The translations under genes were made by a program, and so were the position numbers. From contig NW_021829793.1 of NCBI RefSeq assembly GCF_006345805.1, positions 1-5,928 on the forward strand: DNA of 5,928 bases, given 5' to 3'. The notes under the pieces were generated by a model. That model saw only the letters and a program-made list of their open reading frames with translations, was not told the DNA's origin and made no database searches. This document shows positions 1 to 5,928 of this stretch, piece after piece (position 1 is the stretch's first letter; each line of letters begins with the position of its first letter). The DNA is from Octopus sinensis. Its lineage: Eukaryota.

Positions 1-188
1 TATTATGTATTTGTGTGTGTGTGTAACCACATGTGAATCATTGATGATTTTTTGAATCCATATATTGCACTACAAATTTATTGTGGTGTATATATGTATG
101 TATATATATTTATTGATATATATATATACATACACCTGTTTGTTATTTACACACCTGTCTTTGTCTTTTGTTTCTTGTAAATTCCAAC

Positions 189-226
189 TATGTATATATG
201 TGAGTATATATATACATATATGTGTG

Positions 227-270
<44 letters not shown>

Positions 271-350
271 ATATATATATATATAGTATATATATATATA
301 TATATATACATTGCATACATAATATATATATACATATATATATATATATA
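189..350. repeat. Imperfect (TA)n microsatellite
   Basis: Long TA dinucleotide runs, purest from ~229, with a few TG/CA and single-base interruptions. Confidence 0.95.
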
Positions 351-401
351 AAATATTGCAATTATTTATTTATCATTTTATGTATTACATACATGCCCGT
401 G

Positions 402-529
402 CACGCACACACACACACACACACACTCACAAACACAACACACACACACACACACACACACAACACACACACCAACACACACACCACACACACCACACAC
501 ACCACACACACACACACACACACCACACA
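402..529. repeat. Imperfect (CA)n microsatellite
   Basis: About 125 bp of CA repeats with occasional CC/AA interruptions. Confidence 0.95.
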
Positions 530-590
530 AACGTACACAAATTTATTTCAAGATTTACTAGCAACTGACAACAGCATGTTTCATATGTAT

Positions 591-667
591 ATCAGCAGAA
601 CTATCTCTCCAGACTTTTCAGAGTATAAACAGTTTATACTCTAAAGAGTGGAGATAGTTCTGCTGAT
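591..667. repeat. 77-bp near-palindromic fold-back element
   Basis: ATCAGCAGAACTATCTC (591-607) is the exact reverse complement of GAGATAGTTCTGCTGAT (651-667). Inner AGAGTATAAAC (620-630) is the exact reverse complement of GTTTATACTCT (632-642). Confidence 0.9.
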
Positions 668-1801
668 CTTCAACTGAAATATTTTACAAGAATTCAGTGG
701 CTCTTCAGCTAAATCTACCAGACTCTGCTGCTGAACACACTGTATCCTTTTTTCATGATTTAGTTGTCAGTCACTACCACAAACAACACTTCAGTTCACA
801 TATCTGGCATTACTGTAAACTTACCCTTTAGATCTTATAGCTTTTTACTTCTTCTCTTGTCCATCTTTTACTATTCTCTACAACTTCTCTTTTTCTCTTT
901 AGCTGACTATACTCTGTTATGCATTAGAAATGTCTCTACTTGGAAGTTATCAAATCATAAATTTTCCCACTCCATATTGATATTGTAATACAATTCAAAC
1001 TTAATTATCAACTTATCAATTTGAAAATGTATTCATCATCAATAGGGAATATCTATACCTCTAAGTCACTAGCAGTCTTCTACACTTAACACTGTCTGTA
1101 CTGCATTCTTACTTTGCCACCCAATTTTTGGAACATTGTAAAGATCAATGCCATACACTGTTTCAGGCGGCACAATAATAATGAAATTAAAATGTCAGTT
1201 TACTGACCTACTAAGTTCAAACTGTTTACTATTACAGGCATTGAAATATGCTTGTGTGTAACATAATTCTTTCCATTTTAATTATAGTGGATGGGATAAA
1301 AAAAAGGTATACGATTAGAAGGTTCTTGATCCAAAAGTACACAAATGTTGAAATTTTCAGAAGTCATTCTATCCTTGCTAATATGATACATGATGCTTTA
1401 GTCAAAAATATTAAGATTAAAATATGATTTAAAAGCAATTCTAGTAGGTTTGCTGAAAATACTTGAAATAGTGTGAGCTCAATAAATATAAAAAGAATCA
1501 AGTATGGCTAAAATGACTGAAAATAAAATCCAGCTTGAAATATTGAAATAATATATCATATATATTCTATATTTCAAGGCACAATTATGTTTCTGGTAGA
1601 TAGACATTTATAGAATGGATATATGATGCCCTCCTCAGTTATGTAGCAATGAGATTCATATGAGGAATTTATGGCCTTATACCCAATGGTATCAAAAGTA
1701 ATGATAGTCAGACTACAAGTGAAATATCAAGAACACTTGATATGCTTTGTAAAAACTTCTGCATTTGAATCATTGAATTTATTAATATGAAAAATGGAAT
1801 T

Positions 1802-1858
1802 GGTGCTGGTGATGGTGGCAGCGGTGGGAGGAGGTTGAGAGGGAGGGGGAGGAGGAGG
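1802..1858. repeat. Degenerate (GGT/GGA)n G-rich low-complexity tract
   Basis: GGTGCTGGTGATGGTGGCAGCGGTGGGAGGAGG...GGAGGAGGAGG in an otherwise AT-rich background. Confidence 0.75.
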
Positions 1859-2283
1859 CTTTTGATGCAGATCTTCAAGTACATGACTTCCTTAATTGAT
1901 ACAAAAACAAATTTGGAGTTGATTGATTTGGCTTCAGTACATGTATGTGACATGATGAAAGATGAGATTAGCCCAGGCAAGTTTTTAGCTTCAAACATGC
2001 ACAGCAAAAACTAAATGTTGTAAGATATTTATTCTGGCAATCATCACTGGCATTTGGTTACCTTTACTGCAGCCCACTCTACTACAAGCATTCAAGTCAG
2101 ATCTCCAGTTTGAAGATACTTCATTCCATGAAACTGGAAAGCTTGGAAGTAGGTTATGAGAACTTCCCTTATTTCTCTGACAACCAATAAAAAAAACTAA
2201 AACGTTTGTCCTTTTCATTCAAAAGAATAAAAGTAATATTTTCTATATTAATATTTACCATATATATATATATATTATTGACT

Positions 2284-2406
2284 TGTAGATTTAAAGGCAA
2301 CCAATGGTTTCATGTTGAAGAGATCTCAACAATTATTCAAGTGAACCACTTGGAAATGTTGGTACAGGACTCCACATGAAACCATTGGTTGCCTTGTTGA
2401 TCCACA
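2284..2406. mobile_element. ~120-bp fold-back element, putative MITE or internally deleted DNA transposon
   Basis: Perfect 22-bp inverted repeat AAGGCAACCAATGGTTTCATGT (2294-2315) / ACATGAAACCATTGGTTGCCTT (2374-2395). It extends imperfectly outward (TGTAGAT / ATCCACA) and has a central stem CAAGTG-aac-CACTTG (2338-2352). The inverted repeat is certain. The MITE identity is inferred, and no clear TSD is seen. Confidence 0.55.
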
Positions 2407-3054
2407 TATAATGATTATTTATGCAACGTTGAGCATTCATTCTCACTGTTTGAGACTAGCATGTGTGTATGTATGTCTGTATGTATACATATGATTTAGT
2501 AAAAATTATTTTAATTGAAGGGGTACACTATTTCAAGGGCTATAACTCTCTAATATGAATAGGTGACCAGTTATGTTTCTTAGTTTTAAAGCGGATGCAC
2601 TAAGTCAAGTTGGGTTTATTAATACATCATATATATAGTTTTACTGTCAATTTAATGATACTAATCCAAACAGCAATACAAATTTTCATGCGATATACAT
2701 ACAGTTAACTCCTTTTTCTTATGTCATATCAGTGATGAAAATTGTAAAATTTCCCCATTCGTATGTTTTATATCTTTATTATCATGATAGCTTCAAAAAT
2801 CTGTTTTCAAGGAAACAGTTTAATAATATTTCAATTTGTGCATTGAAGAAGGATGAAATTTGAGAAACATTTTACATCAATTTAAGCAAAAAAATTTTTA
2901 AAAACCTTAAACCTAGAGTAGTGTTTATAACTGCTTCAAATAGATCCATATATATAATATTTGAGGGAAAAATGTCTAAATTGAATGTACCACAAAAATA
3001 TGTCTATAAAATAGGAAAAGGCCCATATTCTTTAAATGCATATTTTACATTTGC

Positions 3055-3153
3055 ATATACATACATAAGCATATACACAATATCACACACACACACACAT
3101 GCATATACATATGCACACACATATACACATATGCATATATGTACACACACATA
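3055..3153. repeat. Compound (CA)n/(TA)n/(CATA)n microsatellite
   Basis: Largely alternating purine-pyrimidine tract mixing CA and TA units. Confidence 0.85.
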
Positions 3154-3526
3154 TTTATATGTTCTGTTTATATTAATTTTATGCAAATAGCTAAATCATC
3201 CATTAATCTAGATGGCAAAAACATATATATTAATAAAGAAGCTAGTCCGAAAAATGCCGAAATCAAGCAGACTTAACTGATAAGGCAATGGAAATTGCCA
3301 AAACTGATGTCAGTATTAAAAATTCTTGATCAGCACTTTTCAGACAATTCAGGTCCCTGTTAGTGTATATGTTTTCATGCATGTGCATTAGCTACAGCAT
3401 TAGAGTATTTTAGCTCTTATTTCTAGCAATGCAGGTATTTTTGAACACCTTAGTTACATTTAGTGACAATTACAATTCTCCTTTTTGGTATATAATATAT
3501 ATATGTGTATATATCTGTTTTATATA

Positions 3527-3838
3527 TGGCTTAGTGGTTAGGACATTCTGCTTATGATTGTATGGTCATGAGTTCAATTCCTAGCAATGTGTTCTGTCCT
3601 TGAGCAAGACACTTTATTTCACATTGCTCCAGTCCACTCAGCTGGCAAAAATAAGTTGTACCTGCATTTCAAAGGGCCAGTGTTGTCCAACTCTGTGTCA
3701 CACTGAATCTCCCTGAGAACTACGTTAGGGGTACACGTGACTGTGGAGTGCTCAGTCACTTGCATGTTCATTTCACGAGCAAGCTGTTCCATTGATCAGA
3801 TCAGCTGAGACCCTCATCATCGTAACCAATAGAGTGCT
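3527..3838 (+). mobile_element. tRNA-derived SINE, degraded, with CORE/Meta-like central domain
   Basis: Pol III A box TGGCTTAGTGG (3527-3537) and B box AGTTCAATTCC (3571-3581) at tRNA-like spacing. These are followed by TGTCCTTGAGCAAGACACTTT (3595-3615) and GCTCCAGTCCACTCAGCTG, which resemble conserved central domains of metazoan SINE superfamilies. The body is richer in GC than its flanks and ends at a (TA)n tract. The 3' boundary is approximate. Confidence 0.8.
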
Positions 3839-3840
3839 CC

Positions 3841-3882
3841 ATACATATATATATATCAATTTTAAAATATATATATGTTATA

Positions 3883-3944
<62 letters not shown>

Positions 3945-3991
3945 ATGTATGTATGTATGTATGTATGTATGTATGCATGCATGTATGTATG
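3841..3991. repeat. (TA)n followed by (TATG)n microsatellite
   Basis: Pure TA at ~3884-3940, then TATG tetramers to ~3991. Confidence 0.95.
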
Positions 3992-4123
3992 ATCATCCTA
4001 GTTAGGTATACGAGAGTGGAAAGGAACCATCAATCTTCCTATCAACCATTCTTAAATTTGCAAAATCAGTTAAATGGTCATGTAATAATGTATTACATAT
4101 ACATACTGATATGAAGTCCTAAG

Positions 4124-4931
4124 AAGGCAGACAAACCACAAATCCTATCAGGTAGATAACCCTGCTCGAACTGTAGAAAAGGCAAAGGTAGAAACTCTAT
4201 AAGATGTACCCAGTGTAAGCTATGGATACATAAGAGGTGCAGCAATATCAAAGGAAGAGAAGATAGTTTTTGTATGTGGCAAATACTCAGGTACTATAAA
4301 AACTGAAAATGTGCAGAGAACAACTTCTGCCACATTCCAGGGAGAAAAACTAGAAGTAGTTGATAGCCTAGGTGACCAAGTCAGTAGCGGGGGTGGGTGC
4401 TCTGAAAGTGAAGCTGCTAGAATAAGAATAGCCTGGGCAAAGTTCATAGAGCTCCTACTTTTGCTGGTGACAAAGGGCCTCTCACTCAGAGTAAAAGGTA
4501 GACTGTATGACGCTTGTGTACAAACAGCCATGCTAAATGGCAGTGAAACACGGGCTGTGACTGCTGAGGACATGTGTAAACTCGCAAGGAACAAAGCTAG
4601 TATGTTCCGCTGGATATATAATGTCAGTGTGCATACTCAACAGAGTGTAAGTGCCTTGAGAGAAAAGTTGGACCTAAGAAGCATCAGATGTGGTGTGCAA
4701 GAGAGACGACTGCACTGGTATGGTCAAGTGGTGAGAATGGATGTGGATAGCTGTGTGAAAAAGTGTCACACCCTAGTGGTTGAGGGAACCTGTGGAAGAG
4801 ATAGACCTAGGAAGACCTGGGATGAAGTGGTGAAGCACGACCTTCAAACATTAAGCCTCACCGAGGCAATGATTAGTGACCAAGACCTTTGGAAATATGC
4901 TGTGCTTGAGAAGACCTGGCAAGCCAAGTGA
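4124..4931 (+). pseudogene. Disabled C-terminal part of RTE ORF (PHD finger, RT thumb region and C-terminal domain)
   Basis: Frame 2 from 4124 reads KADKPQILSGR*PCSNCRKGKGRNSIRCTQCKLWIHKRCSNIKGR, with TAA at 4157-4159. After a frameshift near 4259, frame 3 reads KIVFVCGKYSGTIKTEN and continues into the listed 4311..4931 ORF. The typical FxYLG motif lacks FxY, an apparent in-frame deletion at 4367/4368. The GTG at 4311 is an internal codon, not a real start. Confidence 0.88.
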
Positions 4932-5047
4932 GACCATAACCCATGGCCTATGCTTGTGGTGTAACCAGCCAACTTATGTGTACCTTTCCTTCATTGGACA
5001 CTAAACTCTGCTTGCAAAGATCTGTTAAGGCAAGTGAAATCAAAATT

Positions 5048-5230
5048 GATGACAGCACCGCATGACTGGCATCCATGCAAGTGGAGCGCTAAGAGCACCA
5101 TCCGAGCATGATCGTTGCCAGTGCCGCTGGACTGGCTCCTGTGCAGGTGGCATGTAAAAAATACACTTTAAGCATGGCCGTTACCAGTTTCACCTGACTG
5201 GCCCTCGTGCTGGTGGCATGTAAAGGCACC
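5048..5230 (+). repeat. Three diverged tandem 66-bp units within the LINE 3' UTR
   Basis: GACTGGC at 5064, 5130 and 5196; GTGG at 5081, 5147 and 5213; AGCATG at 5105 and 5171. All have an exact period of 66. Confidence 0.85.
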
Positions 5231-5391
5231 GACTACACTCTCGGAGTGGTTGGCGTTAGGAAGGGCATCCAGCTGTAGAAACTCTGCCAGATCAGATTGG
5301 AGCCTGGTGCAGCCCACTGGTTTGACAGACCTCAGTCAAACCGTCCAACCCATACCAGCATGGAAAGCGGACATTAAATGATGATGATGAT

Positions 5392-5450
5392 ATATATATA
5401 TAATGTATATGATGTATATATAATGTGTGTATGTATATATATATACATAT
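5392..5450. repeat. Imperfect (TA)n/(TG)n microsatellite between LINE tail and SINE
   Basis: TA/TG dinucleotide low-complexity tract. Confidence 0.8.
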
Positions 5451-5451
5451 A

Positions 5452-5692
5452 GGCGCAGGAGTGGCTGTGTGGTAAGTAGCTTGCTTACCAACCATGTGGT
5501 TCCAGGTTCATTCCCACTGCGTGGCATCTTGGGCAAGTGTCTTCTGCTATAGCCCCGGGCCGACCAATGCCTTGTGAGTGGATTTGGTAGACGGAAACTG
5601 AAAGAAGCCTGTCGTATATATGTATATATATATATGTATGTGTTGTGTTGTGTTTGTGTGTCTGTGTTTGTCTCCCTAGTATTGCTTGACAA
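5452..5692 (+). mobile_element. tRNA-derived SINE (octopus-type, CORE-like), probably 3'-truncated, with internal microsatellite
   Basis: Starts GGCGCAGGAG, with A box TGGCTGTGTGG (5462-5472), B box GGTTCATTCCC (5505-5515) and CORE-like GCATCTTGGGCAAGTGTCTT (5524-5543). The unique body runs to ~5614. Inclusion of the TA/TG tract and the ...GTTTGTCTCCCTAGTATTGCTTGACAA segment rests on recalled resemblance to an abundant octopus repeat and is less certain. Confidence 0.82.
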
Positions 5693-5721
5693 TATATATA
5701 CATATATATACATATATATAC

Positions 5722-5770
<49 letters not shown>
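5692..5770. repeat. (TA)n microsatellite
   Basis: TA runs with CA/TG interruptions, pure from ~5729. Confidence 0.95.
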
Positions 5771-5774
<4 letters not shown>

Positions 5775-5928
5775 GTGTTATGAGCACTTACAGAACACAT
5801 ATCCTATATAAACTCAACACACAATTAAAGATGGAGAAGAGATGTAAAAAGTTTTATAAAATTTTAATCCATGCATACGATCATTTTGAATGGTAACACC
5901 AACACGTAAGAAAACATGGAAAAACTTA

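Larger units (their letters stand above)
4114..5391 (+). mobile_element. 5'-truncated RTE-clade non-LTR retrotransposon (LINE): ORF C-terminus, 3' UTR and (GAT)n tail
   Basis: The translation shows RTE post-RT motifs: LEVVDS-LGD, RIRIAWAKF, KGRLYDACVQTAMLNGSET, RRLHWYGQVVRM, GRDRPRKTWDEVVKHDL. Stop at 4929-4931, then a ~450-bp 3' UTR ending in ATGATGATGATGAT (5378-5391). The endonuclease and RT catalytic core are absent. The 5' boundary is approximate. Confidence 0.92.

Noticed and set aside
65-644. ORFs 65..271, 147..335, 222..644 and 356..568
   Set aside because: YI/HT dipeptide runs are translations of (TA)n and (CA)n microsatellites.
825-913. Possible minus-strand exon (CAG acceptor, G|GTAAGT donor) with a Myb/SANT-like RWTREE peptide
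   Set aside because: All three frames contain a stop within the 89-nt interval and the polypyrimidine tract is poor. It could only be a non-coding exon, which needs RNA-seq evidence.
764-988. 74-aa hydrophobic ORF and a strong-looking + strand acceptor (pyrimidine tract plus AG at ~885-902)
   Set aside because: TTG start, composition driven by a pyrimidine tract, no recognisable family and no convincing downstream donor.
1724-1743. 8-bp stem ATATCAAG/CTTGATAT
   Set aside because: Short and AT-rich, within chance expectation.
1708-2218. ORFs 1708..2007, 1787..2014 and 1991..2218 as genes
   Set aside because: Short and mutually overlapping, with no recognisable domain. The Gly/Arg and Pro runs come from the GGN tract.
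3527-3590. Functional tRNA gene at either SINE head (also 5452-5520)
   Set aside because: A and B boxes are present but there is no convincing cloverleaf, and both continue into SINE core sequence.
2921-3992. ORFs 2921..3190, 3004..3186 and 3792..3992
   Set aside because: Largely microsatellite translations.
4080-4098. Hairpin ATGTAATA/TATTACAT upstream of the LINE 5' junction
   Set aside because: AT-rich 8-bp stem, with no evidence linking it to the insertion.
4220-4594. 124-aa minus-strand ORF
   Set aside because: Antisense shadow of the RTE coding frame.
5048-5230. CRISPR-like array suggested by the 66-bp period
   Set aside because: Eukaryotic LINE UTR context. Similarity spans whole units rather than identical repeats with unique spacers, and there are no cas genes.
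5292-5800. ORFs 5292..5495, 5336..5800, 5485..5787 and 5574..5771
   Set aside because: Read-through of microsatellites, SINE sequence and the LINE UTR.

Overview
AT-rich, microsatellite-dense eukaryotic non-coding DNA (intronic or intergenic). It is most likely from an octopus or other coleoid cephalopod; this is inferred from the retroposon types and the extreme (TA)n/(CA)n load. No intact host gene is supported. The right half holds three co-oriented (+) retroposons: a degraded tRNA-derived SINE (~3527-3838), a 5'-truncated, decayed RTE-clade LINE (~4114-5391), and a second tRNA-derived SINE (~5452-5692). The LINE ORF remnant carries a PHD-type zinc finger that the ORF track misses because of a stop and a frameshift. 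Its 3' UTR has three tandem 66-bp structured repeats and a (GAT)n tail. The left half has no recognisable coding sequence but contains several fold-back elements, two of them strong (591-667 and ~2284-2406). Most listed ORFs are microsatellite or antisense artefacts. No new system is demonstrated; the best leads are the PHD-bearing RTE, its 66-bp UTR module and the hairpin cluster.
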